From a virus (lineage: Duplodnaviria; Caudoviricetes): a DNA stretch of 41,060 nt. The translations under genes and the position numbers were made by a program. The stretch spans positions 1-41,060 of IMG/VR virus record IMGVR_UViG_3300033512_000027; one strand, given 5' to 3'. The notes beneath the pieces were generated by a model, which saw only the letters and a list, made by a program, of their open reading frames with translations, searched no databases and was not told the DNA's origin. Positions 20,992 to 28,871 of the stretch are shown in pieces. Positions within the stretch are counted from its first letter, which is position 1. The number at the start of each line of letters is the position of its first letter.

Positions 20992-21279
20992 TTATTTATT
21001 CTTCTTTTCATGGTCCAACATAACAGCTTGGGCTATCATTGAAACCAAATGATTTTTTAAATCTTCGTTATCATTTAATGGAAGAGAGAAGTTGAGATTC
21101 TCTACTTTCTTTTTATCATCCTTTTTATAAAGTTGTAGTGTACCGAAGATAGTAGCACTTTCGATAACCTTATCTTTATTTTTATCATCCTTAATTCCTA
21201 CATCTTGGATGTGTAATGATAGTCTTTTAACACGACCTTCGAACTGCTCTTTAAGAGAGAATGCTTTATATTTTTTCAT
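20992..21279 (-). CDS. hypothetical protein, first gene of the late operon
   Basis: 95 aa ORF starting 8 bp after a consensus -10 box. Confidence 0.65.
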   Translation of the reverse strand: MKKYKAFSLKEQFEGRVKRLSLHIQDVGIKDDKNKDKVIESATIFGTLQLYKKDDKKKVENLNFSLPLNDNEDLKNHLVSMIAQAVMLDHEKKNK

Positions 21280-21287
21280 ATACCTAT

Positions 21288-21316
21288 ATTATACCACAAT
21301 ATAACATATTTGTCAA
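21288..21316 (-). promoter_or_regulatory. sigma70-type promoter of the structural operon
   Basis: Minus strand TTGACA-17 bp-TATAAT with extended TG. Confidence 0.85.
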
Positions 21317-21327
21317 GCTTATGTACA

Positions 21328-21360
21328 TTATCCACATAGTTATCCACATAGTTATCCCTT
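21328..21360 (+). repeat. tandem DnaA boxes with 12-bp period
   Basis: TTATCCACA tag TTATCCACA tag TTATCCCTT: two perfect boxes and one degenerate box. Confidence 0.85.
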
Positions 21361-21387
21361 GACAAGGAGTTAAAAATATGGTATAAT
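21359..21387 (+). promoter_or_regulatory. sigma70-type promoter (divergent)
   Basis: TTGACA-17 bp-TATAAT with extended TG. Confidence 0.85.
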
Positions 21388-21393
21388 GGGTTT

Positions 21394-21520
21394 ACTAATT
21401 GAGGTGAGGTTAGGATAATTTAATACAGAGTGTTAAGCATCCACTTTAAACTACTTCTATACTTGGATGGTCCTAAATTGGATAACCCCCTGCCGTAAAA
21501 CGTAGGGTGTTTTCTTTTTC
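21394..21520 (+). ncRNA. putative structured small RNA
   Basis: Lies between a consensus promoter and a hairpin plus U-tract; no evident ORF; three-way junction can be drawn. Confidence 0.5.
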
Positions 21521-22036
21521 TATGGGTCTTTTTCTTCTTCTTTTTTCTTTCCTTTCTTTTTATCTTCTTTCTTTTAAGATTATCACATCAGCCGAAGCGA
21601 GTGTACTCACGAGCGGAGGCTGTAGGTATGTTAGCCATGGTTGTGTTAGACATGTCAGCCCAAAATAACCTTATCTTTACCAGGAATATTTACGAATCTT
21701 CTACTCTTTTTTTATTTATTAATGTAATACAAAAGTTGTGTAAAACCTGTCTGTGGTAAAATGATAGTATTCGTACGCCGCAACGTTTGCTCGTTCCCCT
21801 CCCTCGTCTCACATTCCTTTTGTTTTACCACGACTTGACAAACATGTCAATGTGTGTCGTTGTTTGTGTTTGACATATATATGTTGCACCTTGAATAGCA
21901 GGCTTGACATGTGGTGTTTGTCATGGTGTGGTAAACATGTCTGGGGTTGACATCAGAGGGAGAACGTGCTGTTATCCACGCTTTTGCTATACCCTATCAC
22001 AACACAACATACCCTATAAAGTCAATAGTATAAAGC

Positions 22037-22065
22037 TTTACAATACTTTTCGTATGTGATAAGAT
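22037..22065 (+). promoter_or_regulatory. probable early promoter
   Basis: TTTACA-17 bp-TAAGAT with extended TG, upstream of the first early ORF. Confidence 0.55.
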
Positions 22066-22252
22066 GTATATAAAGTTATATAGTCAATAACTTTCATTAA
22101 TAAAAATATAATATATATATGGTTTATAGTAAACATGACATGAGAGATAGTTATAAAGTAGGTTATACTCGAGCATCAAGCGAGTATAAGAAGGTTTTAG
22201 TTTGTTTGTGTTTAGTTTTCATTATCATTATAATAGCATTAATATAAATTTT

Positions 22253-22546
22253 ATGGATACAACAGAAAAAAAATATACTTTGTACGTTGGAAGTAATAAC
22301 GAGACAAAAGAGTTAGAAAAAGAATTAATCATCGGGATAGTTGCAAAATGGTATAAGAGCTTTACCGCTTATGAGGTAAACGGGTACTGGATAGGGGAAC
22401 CAGAGAGAAGCCTTAAAATTGAGATATACACAAACGGAGATGATATAAACGAGTATAGTATAACAAAGTTAACAGAAGAATTAGAGAGAGAATGTAAACA
22501 GGACAAAGTTTTGAGAGTTACAAACATAATCAAAACAAATTTTTAA
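22253..22546 (+). CDS. early hypothetical protein (small alpha/beta fold)
   Basis: MDTTEKKYTLYVG...GYWIGEPERSLKIEI; start moved to the in-frame ATG. Confidence 0.7.
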   Translation: MDTTEKKYTLYVGSNNETKELEKELIIGIVAKWYKSFTAYEVNGYWIGEPERSLKIEIYTNGDDINEYSITKLTEELERECKQDKVLRVTNIIKTNF

Positions 22547-22670
22547 GATTATATAGTATATCAATCTCGCACCATCATAAAAATGGTGGTGCGGAATGGG
22601 TAAACTAAAAAAAATTATAAATAGTTGTTTATCCTAAAGTAAAGCGTGCTAGTACTTTGAAAATAAAATA

Positions 22671-23042
22671 ATGATAATAAAAAACGTTTCAAAGAATGTA
22701 TTGTTCGAGGCATTAGAAAATGTAAACCTAAAATATAACAATAATGTTATATGGCAACGTGTACCAGAGGCTATAGGAAGACGCTTTAGGTTTACATTGA
22801 GAGTCAAAAATAGCAGAGAGTCAGGAGCAAAGCTTGGTTTTAGTGGTAGAAGAACTATAAATGCATGCTGGCATGTACATGGGAATCTTTTTGATGAAAT
22901 ATTCAAGCTTGAACCTAAGGCAATAATAAAAAGTGGCGGTAATGATATTACTATCGAATATGGGAATTGGATTGATAGGAATATCGGTTCAATCATGCAA
23001 CCCATGATGTATAGTAATTCCTGTAATTGCGATAACTATTAA
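22671..23042 (+). CDS. early hypothetical protein
   Basis: 123 aa ORF with ACWHVHG motif and C-terminal Cys pair. Confidence 0.7.
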   Translation: MIIKNVSKNVLFEALENVNLKYNNNVIWQRVPEAIGRRFRFTLRVKNSRESGAKLGFSGRRTINACWHVHGNLFDEIFKLEPKAIIKSGGNDITIEYGNWIDRNIGSIMQPMMYSNSCNCDNY

Positions 23043-23046
23043 TCAG

Positions 23047-23319
23047 ATGAAAAAAAAAGACTTTGAATTGATAGCAAGTGTTGTAAAATCCTTTAATGAT
23101 AAAATGAATAATTATACGTTTAGCAGTAAATTATTTACCATAAAAGACTTTACAAAGCAATTATGTGAAACTTTAGCAAGTAAAAATCCACGCTTTGATA
23201 AACAAAAGTTTTTACAAGCTTGCGGTGTAGAAATACATGTTCATGTATGGCAAGAAACAAAGATAATAAAAAAAGATAACACAATTTTATTGTGTTGCTA
23301 TTGCGGACATACAAAATAA
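23047..23319 (+). CDS. early hypothetical protein
   Basis: MKKKDFELIA...NPRFDKQKFLQACG, a recurrent small phage protein pattern. Confidence 0.7.
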   Translation: MKKKDFELIASVVKSFNDKMNNYTFSSKLFTIKDFTKQLCETLASKNPRFDKQKFLQACGVEIHVHVWQETKIIKKDNTILLCCYCGHTK

Positions 23320-23362
23320 AAAACGAGTTTTGATTCATTATACGCTTGACGTATAGAAACAT

Positions 23363-23395
23363 AAAACCATAATACTAGCACATTATGGTTTTTTT
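23363..23395 (+). terminator. intrinsic terminator
   Basis: AAAACCATAAT / ATTATGGTTTT inverted repeat running into a T tract. Confidence 0.7.
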
Positions 23396-23480
23396 GTTAT
23401 CCAGTTACAACAAGGTAAACAAATCTTTACAAAGATAGCTCGAATTATGGTTATAAAATAACATTTTAATTAAAGTTAAC

Positions 23481-23560
23481 TTGACAAAGATAGGGAAAAA
23501 TGTTATAACAGTTATCCACAGTTGTAAAAACTTGCATTATTTTAAGAAGTATGATAGCAT
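23481..23560 (+). promoter_or_regulatory. tandem promoters flanking a DnaA box
   Basis: TTGACA-17-TATAAC (23481-23509), TTATCCACA (23512-23520), TTGCAT-17-TAGCAT (23532-23560). Confidence 0.65.
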
Positions 23561-23605
23561 ATAAATATGGTTAAGTTATATTATAATTAATAGTAAATAA
23601 ATTTT

Positions 23606-24127
23606 ATGAGTACAAATAATTACAAATGGAAGAATGTTTTGGTTGTGGTTCCAGAGTTTAAGTTCGATAATCGTTGTATGGATGAGGAGTGTTCACACTA
23701 TGAAGAAGAGTTAACAGATGGTGAGCCTTTGTGTGAGCATTGTGATAATTATTATGATTATGATACAGAAGGATTCAAAATGTATGTAGAAGAGGTCCAG
23801 GAGGAGCTATCAAAGATAGGTTTTGAATCATGTGATGAAATGGATAATGAAAGGAATTATGAAGGCAATATAATTTCACAATTATCCTATATGGATAGTC
23901 ATGACAATATTATTGCTACAATACAAGTTGTCATCCGTAATGGGTATTATGATGGTATGAACATAGATTATACCCTAGAATACCAGATGGACACTACAAA
24001 GAGTATGGAGCAAAAGATAGCCACGTTATGTAATAAAGTAGCTAAGATATTAAAAGCAAGTGGAACAGAATTACAACAGCTAGGTACCATGTCGAATGGT
24101 GAAGGCGTTTATCAATTAAAGAAATAA
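23606..24127 (+). CDS. acidic Cys-containing early protein
   Basis: 173 aa, very acidic, Cys pairs, GYYDG and MSNGEGVY motifs. Confidence 0.7.
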   Translation: MSTNNYKWKNVLVVVPEFKFDNRCMDEECSHYEEELTDGEPLCEHCDNYYDYDTEGFKMYVEEVQEELSKIGFESCDEMDNERNYEGNIISQLSYMDSHDNIIATIQVVIRNGYYDGMNIDYTLEYQMDTTKSMEQKIATLCNKVAKILKASGTELQQLGTMSNGEGVYQLKK

Positions 24128-24131
24128 AATT

Positions 24132-24323
24132 ATGAAAACTTTTGAAGAATATTTACAGGAGGTGTTCAATCGTGAACGTGAAATTGGAGGTATTCCAATA
24201 ACAAAAGATAATTGTGAAGACATGTTTGATTCCTGGATGCAAGGATTTGATGTCCAGGAGTGGTTGGATTATGGTATCGATTATAGTAGAAACTTAAAAG
24301 AAATAATTTTATTCAAAGATTAA
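24132..24323 (+). CDS. small acidic hypothetical protein
   Basis: 63 aa ORF in the packed early cluster. Confidence 0.65.
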   Translation: MKTFEEYLQEVFNREREIGGIPITKDNCEDMFDSWMQGFDVQEWLDYGIDYSRNLKEIILFKD

Positions 24324-24325
24324 TT

Positions 24326-24481
24326 ATGAAAACAATTATAAAGATTATCGTGTTGTGTTTAATAGTCGCTTGGATGTATGGGTTACTTTCTGATTATGAC
24401 ACAAAGGTCGAACCCGTACAGGATAATTGTACAATGAATAGTGCAGTCAATAACTGTATTGTTATAAGTACCGATGAATAA
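24326..24481 (+). CDS. small membrane/secreted hypothetical protein
   Basis: Not in the ORF track; 51 aa MKTIIKIIVLCLIVAWMYGLLSDYD..., fills the gap exactly. Confidence 0.6.
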   Translation: MKTIIKIIVLCLIVAWMYGLLSDYDTKVEPVQDNCTMNSAVNNCIVISTDE

Positions 24482-24495
24482 TCACAAAGATAATT

Positions 24496-24654
24496 ATGAA
24501 AACAACAGAAGCTAGATTTTGGAAAAATGGTTTGAGTAAGCGTGAATGGGGTTATCAATTTATGTTAGGCAGTAAGTTTATAGGTTATGGAGTAGTTTTG
24601 TTTATAGGTAGCACAGGATGGTTTAATATTATTTGTTATAAGATAGTTAAATAG
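24496..24654 (+). CDS. small hypothetical protein
   Basis: Not in the ORF track; 52 aa MKTTEARFWKNGLSKREWGYQF... Confidence 0.55.
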   Translation: MKTTEARFWKNGLSKREWGYQFMLGSKFIGYGVVLFIGSTGWFNIICYKIVK

Positions 24655-24678
24655 CTCACATCTTACTGTGGAATTAAA

Positions 24679-25077
24679 ATGAATGAATTTAAAGTTGGTG
24701 ATAAGGTTAAGGTTTTAGAAACAGGGGGTATTAATAGGGATTTAGCTAAAGTTGGTGCTATTTTAACAGTAAGTAAGGTAAATAACGGAAAAATAGATGG
24801 CTTTAAAGAATGGAATGATAATGGTTGGGCTTTTGAGAATAGTTGGTATAAATTAGTTAAAAATGTTAAAGAAAAGAAAGTTTTACCACCTAAGTTTATC
24901 TTACAGTACGAGATAGAGGAAGACCCATTTGAATTGTTTACTACTCTTATTGAAGTCAAAGCTCGTATTAAAGAATTAATGTCAAAGGGTGGACACTCTT
25001 ACAAAGTTTATGAGATTAAGAAGATGTGGACCCCAACAGTCGAAAAGAAAGAAGTTATTACTATTAAAGGATTATAA
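24679..25077 (+). CDS. hypothetical protein with SH3-like N-terminus
   Basis: FKVGDKVKV start motif. Confidence 0.65.
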   Translation: MNEFKVGDKVKVLETGGINRDLAKVGAILTVSKVNNGKIDGFKEWNDNGWAFENSWYKLVKNVKEKKVLPPKFILQYEIEEDPFELFTTLIEVKARIKELMSKGGHSYKVYEIKKMWTPTVEKKEVITIKGL

Positions 25078-25078
25078 T

Positions 25079-25570
25079 ATGAAAGCATATAAATTGGTTT
25101 TGATTATGTTGGTTATAGGAGTAGTTGCATACTTTGGAGGAGCAAAGTTCAGCAAACAGATAGTTTATAAACAGGTAGAGAAGGAAGTTATACTAGATAA
25201 TCTTACAGGAAAGATAAACGAGAAGAAAGGTGAACTTGTCAAGGAGTTAAGAGAATGTGAGAGTAAAGGATATGTAGAATCAGATGGTCTAGTTACTTGG
25301 GACCCGAATCCAAAGAATAAAAAGGTACAGATAGCAAGTTTTGGTTTGTATCAATTTAAGGTATCAACAGTACAGTTCTACTACAAAAAGTTTTACAACA
25401 AAGATGTTACAGGACTGGAAGCAATACAGATAGCCTTGAGTGAAGAGAAGAGTGCAGAGTTAGCAAGTGAAATTATATTTAGAGATGGTGCTTTGAATAA
25501 TTGGTATAATTGTACAAAGGCAAAGGGGTTGCAGTCGAAATTAGATGTCATTAATAGTCTACTAAAATAA
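25079..25570 (+). CDS. membrane-anchored lysozyme-fold (transglycosylase-like) protein
   Basis: N-terminal TM, CES candidate catalytic Glu, SFGLYQF motif, terminal WxxC; start moved to MKAYK. Confidence 0.65.
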   Translation: MKAYKLVLIMLVIGVVAYFGGAKFSKQIVYKQVEKEVILDNLTGKINEKKGELVKELRECESKGYVESDGLVTWDPNPKNKKVQIASFGLYQFKVSTVQFYYKKFYNKDVTGLEAIQIALSEEKSAELASEIIFRDGALNNWYNCTKAKGLQSKLDVINSLLK

Positions 25571-25571
25571 A

Positions 25572-25778
25572 ATGAAAATAGAAAACCTTAAAAAGAATTT
25601 GTGTCCTGAATGCGGAGGTGAGATGAATTGGAATGCAGTTGAGGAGCTATTAGTTTGTGAGAAGTGTACGTTCAGCTTGACTGAAGACCAGTTCACGGAC
25701 TACATAGATGAAGTCGAAGAGAATGAATATCATGTTGCAACTTACGATGAAAACCTTAAAAGATTAAGTTCTCTATAA
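25572..25778 (+). CDS. zinc-ribbon protein
   Basis: CPECG...CEKC. Confidence 0.7.
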   Translation: MKIENLKKNLCPECGGEMNWNAVEELLVCEKCTFSLTEDQFTDYIDEVEENEYHVATYDENLKRLSSL

Positions 25779-25784
25779 AAAGAT

Positions 25785-26138
25785 ATGGCTAGATTAAAAA
25801 TACCCAATAGATGTGATAATGAATATTGCAGGAGAGTATTACCTTCTTATCAATTATTTGATGACTTGGGTAAAACATTCTACACATATATAAGAAAAGG
25901 TAAAAAGAATTATTGTGATGAGTGGTGTGCTGATGAATATGTAAGTAAACAAAAACATGTTTGTAAATATTGTGATAACATTGCACAGCCTATCAGGACA
26001 AAAAAAGAATATCCTATGATGACAAAACAAGGAAAGGAATACTTTAAAAAGATTGGAACAATAATATCCTGGAAAAAAGTTTGCGAAGATTGTGAAAAAA
26101 TCCCTTATAAATTAAGGGTAAATAAAGTCAAGCCATAG
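25785..26138 (+). CDS. Cys-rich zinc-finger protein
   Basis: Four Cys pairs in 117 aa. Confidence 0.65.
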   Translation: MARLKIPNRCDNEYCRRVLPSYQLFDDLGKTFYTYIRKGKKNYCDEWCADEYVSKQKHVCKYCDNIAQPIRTKKEYPMMTKQGKEYFKKIGTIISWKKVCEDCEKIPYKLRVNKVKP

Positions 26139-26144
26139 ATAAAG

Positions 26145-26192
26145 TTATGCACTTGTTATCCACTTGACTTTATTCTCAAAATATGATAGGAT
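26145..26192 (+). promoter_or_regulatory. promoter with overlapping DnaA-like boxes
   Basis: TTATGCACT and TTATCCACT abutting TTGACT-17-TAGGAT. Confidence 0.65.
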
Positions 26193-26229
26193 AGATTAGT
26201 ATAACATTAATAGTTAATCAAATAAATAT

Positions 26230-26544
26230 ATGATTAAAAAAATAGTTAATATTGGTGGTGAGGAATTTAGTGAGTATGAAATAAAAGAGGTTGAAAGACT
26301 AGAGGCAGACTTCTTTGTTTATAGGTATGAATCAGGATGTTATGATGGTTCAGGGTTTGCTATCTGGAAGAAAGGTAAGAAATGGTTCTATGACTATCTA
26401 GGTCATTGCTCATGTAATAGACCTACAGATGGTCTAAGTACTGCTAACAATGCAGAACATACTTTTACTCAAATAAAAGAAATTGTTAAAACTAGTAATA
26501 AAGAATATCAGGACCTAGTAGATTATATAATAAAAAATAAATAA
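26230..26544 (+). CDS. hypothetical protein
   Basis: 104 aa; YESGCYDGSG...LGHCSC motif. Confidence 0.7.
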   Translation: MIKKIVNIGGEEFSEYEIKEVERLEADFFVYRYESGCYDGSGFAIWKKGKKWFYDYLGHCSCNRPTDGLSTANNAEHTFTQIKEIVKTSNKEYQDLVDYIIKNK

Positions 26545-26545
26545 T

Positions 26546-26767
26546 ATGGATAAAATTACAATATTAATAGTTATAGCTTTTGTTGGAATTGTTTCATTTC
26601 TTATATACGATGGATATAAACATCCATGTATAATATCTCATTTTGAAACTCAATATGAAGCACCTATTGGAATGGTAGTAGGTGGTAGTAAATATGGAGG
26701 TGGGGTTAGTATCCCTATGGGTAATATGAAACCAGTACAAGTAGAAGTTTGTGATTTACATAAATAG
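26546..26767 (+). CDS. small membrane protein
   Basis: N-terminal TM helix. Confidence 0.65.
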   Translation: MDKITILIVIAFVGIVSFLIYDGYKHPCIISHFETQYEAPIGMVVGGSKYGGGVSIPMGNMKPVQVEVCDLHK

Positions 26768-26769
26768 AT

Positions 26770-27609
26770 ATGAAAGAACAAACACTATTAGTCTTAAAAG
26801 GACTACCAGCATCAGGTAAGTCTACCTATGCTAAAGAACTTGTTGCTAGGGGGTGGAAGAGAGTCAACAAGGATGATATACGAGCAATGATAGATAACTC
26901 TACCTGGAGCAAAGAGAATGAAACAGATGTTCAAAAAGTTGAAGTAGCAATAGCAGTTGGATTCTTAAATGCTGGTAAAAATGTTGTTGTTGATGATACT
27001 AATTTTGGATGGGAAGATAAATGGAAAGGAGTAGCAGAAAAGATGGGTATTAAATTTGAAGTAAAGTTTTTTGATGTCTCATTGATGGAATGTATAGAAA
27101 GAGATTCAAAGCGTGGTGATAAGTCAGTCGGTGCTAAAGTGATTCAAAGAATGCATGATAAGTTTTTGAAGCCACAGGAACCAGAATATTCAGATGATAA
27201 ACAAAACTGTTACATCTTTGATATTGATGGGACACTAGCATGGATGAACGGTAGAAGTCCTTATGATTATTATAAGGTACACACAGATATACCTAATCAT
27301 AATATCACAATGATAGCTAGATTACTTTCTCAATCTGGTTTACAAATCATTATCGTTTCAGGAAGAACTGATGATTGTGAAGAGGTTACATGTAAATGGT
27401 TAACTGATAACAGTATACCATACGACAGAATACACATGAGAAAGTTGGGTGATAAAAGAAATGATGCAGAAGTAAAGAAAGAAATATACGAAAAATATTT
27501 GAAACCAAACTATAATGTTCTAGCTGTATTTGATGACAGGAATCGTGTAGTTGATATGTGGAGAAGTCTTGGTCTGACTTGCCTACAAGTTTATTATGGT
27601 AATTTTTAA
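26770..27609 (+). CDS. pseT: polynucleotide 5'-kinase / 3'-phosphatase (T4 Pnk-like)
   Basis: P-loop GLPASGKST, VVVDDTN, HAD motif DIDGT, SGR and FDDR..VVDMWR. Confidence 0.93.
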   Translation: MKEQTLLVLKGLPASGKSTYAKELVARGWKRVNKDDIRAMIDNSTWSKENETDVQKVEVAIAVGFLNAGKNVVVDDTNFGWEDKWKGVAEKMGIKFEVKFFDVSLMECIERDSKRGDKSVGAKVIQRMHDKFLKPQEPEYSDDKQNCYIFDIDGTLAWMNGRSPYDYYKVHTDIPNHNITMIARLLSQSGLQIIIVSGRTDDCEEVTCKWLTDNSIPYDRIHMRKLGDKRNDAEVKKEIYEKYLKPNYNVLAVFDDRNRVVDMWRSLGLTCLQVYYGNF

Positions 27610-27612
27610 TTT

Positions 27613-28515
27613 ATGGAATTTAGAAAATACGAAAAGATACATAGGTTAGGTAAAGATGAAGTCGCAGGAATATTAGAAGGGACTTGTCATATTACTGAAA
27701 AGATAGATGGAGCTAATCTTTCTATCTGGATGAGTGGTGGTGTTATGCATGTTGGTTCACGTAATAATGACCTAACAAAGAAGAGAGATGAATTTAATGG
27801 TGCCTTACACTACTGTAACTCACACGAAGGAATAAGAAAGTTATTGACAGAACATCCCGAGTTTAGATTATATGGTGAATGGTTAGTGAAGCATACATTA
27901 TCTTATGATAATACATCATATAAGAAGTTCTACATGTTTGATATTTATTTAGAGGATTATGGATTCATGTCCCAGGAGGAAGTTCAGATATGGGGTGAAG
28001 ATTATAAAATTGATACAGTTCCAGATTTAGGAATCATTGAGAATCCAACACTAGAGCAATTAAATAAACTTATCGAAGGTAAGTCAGCTCTAGGAGACAG
28101 GATGGAAGGTGTAGTGATTCGTAATATGGAATTTAAGAATCAATTCGAAGATTTCTGTTATGCAAAATTAGTCAGAGAAGATTTTAAAGAAGACAACGGT
28201 GTAGTATTCGGAGGTAACAATAAATATGCTGACACTTATTGGGAAGTTTATGTGATGAATAAATACATAGATGTTGCAAGAGTATCAAAGATAATGAATA
28301 AGTTACAGCCTGAAGTGAATGAGAAGCTAGACATGAAACATATCCCTAGAGTCCTTGGAATGGTCTACCACGATGTTATTACAGAAGAAGCCTGGGAGAT
28401 AGCTAAGAAGGTTAAAACGATTGACTACGATGCCCTACAAAGGATTTGCTACAAAAAGATTAAGCAAGTATATGTCGATATACTTAATAATGATGTAAGC
28501 GTGGCAGATAAATAA
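27613..28515 (+). CDS. ATP-dependent RNA ligase (Rnl2-like)
   Basis: Motif I EKIDGAN, LYGEW, FDI, EGVVIR, AKLV; adjacent to Pnk. Confidence 0.88.
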   Translation: MEFRKYEKIHRLGKDEVAGILEGTCHITEKIDGANLSIWMSGGVMHVGSRNNDLTKKRDEFNGALHYCNSHEGIRKLLTEHPEFRLYGEWLVKHTLSYDNTSYKKFYMFDIYLEDYGFMSQEEVQIWGEDYKIDTVPDLGIIENPTLEQLNKLIEGKSALGDRMEGVVIRNMEFKNQFEDFCYAKLVREDFKEDNGVVFGGNNKYADTYWEVYVMNKYIDVARVSKIMNKLQPEVNEKLDMKHIPRVLGMVYHDVITEEAWEIAKKVKTIDYDALQRICYKKIKQVYVDILNNDVSVADK

Positions 28516-28871
28516 TGAAAACTTTTTGTAAAGTTTGTAAAAAAGAATTAAGTCATCCTTATAATTTTTATTGTCAAAAACATAAAATATTTACTGAACA
28601 ACATAAAAAAAATATGTCATTAGGTAAAACTAAAGATAAGGTTGGCTATAGAGCTATTCATTATTGGATAGAAAGAGAACTAGGTAAACCTACAAAATGC
28701 GAAGATTGTTTAATGGAATTTTCAGGACATAAGATTCATTGGGCAAATATAAGTGGAGAATACAAAAGAGATATAAAAGACTGGAAAAGATTATGTTCAA
28801 GTTGTCATGGTTATTTTGACAAGATAAGTCGTGAACATAAAAAATTATTAAGTAAAGAAAAACTACTTTGA
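28515..28871 (+). CDS. HNH endonuclease
   Basis: YRAIHYW...CEDC...HWANISGEY...LCSSCH. Confidence 0.8.
   Translation: MKTFCKVCKKELSHPYNFYCQKHKIFTEQHKKNMSLGKTKDKVGYRAIHYWIERELGKPTKCEDCLMEFSGHKIHWANISGEYKRDIKDWKRLCSSCHGYFDKISREHKKLLSKEKLL

Noticed and set aside
21328-21360. CRISPR array or iteron set
   Set aside because: Units are 12 bp with no unique spacers and match the DnaA box; no cas genes are present.
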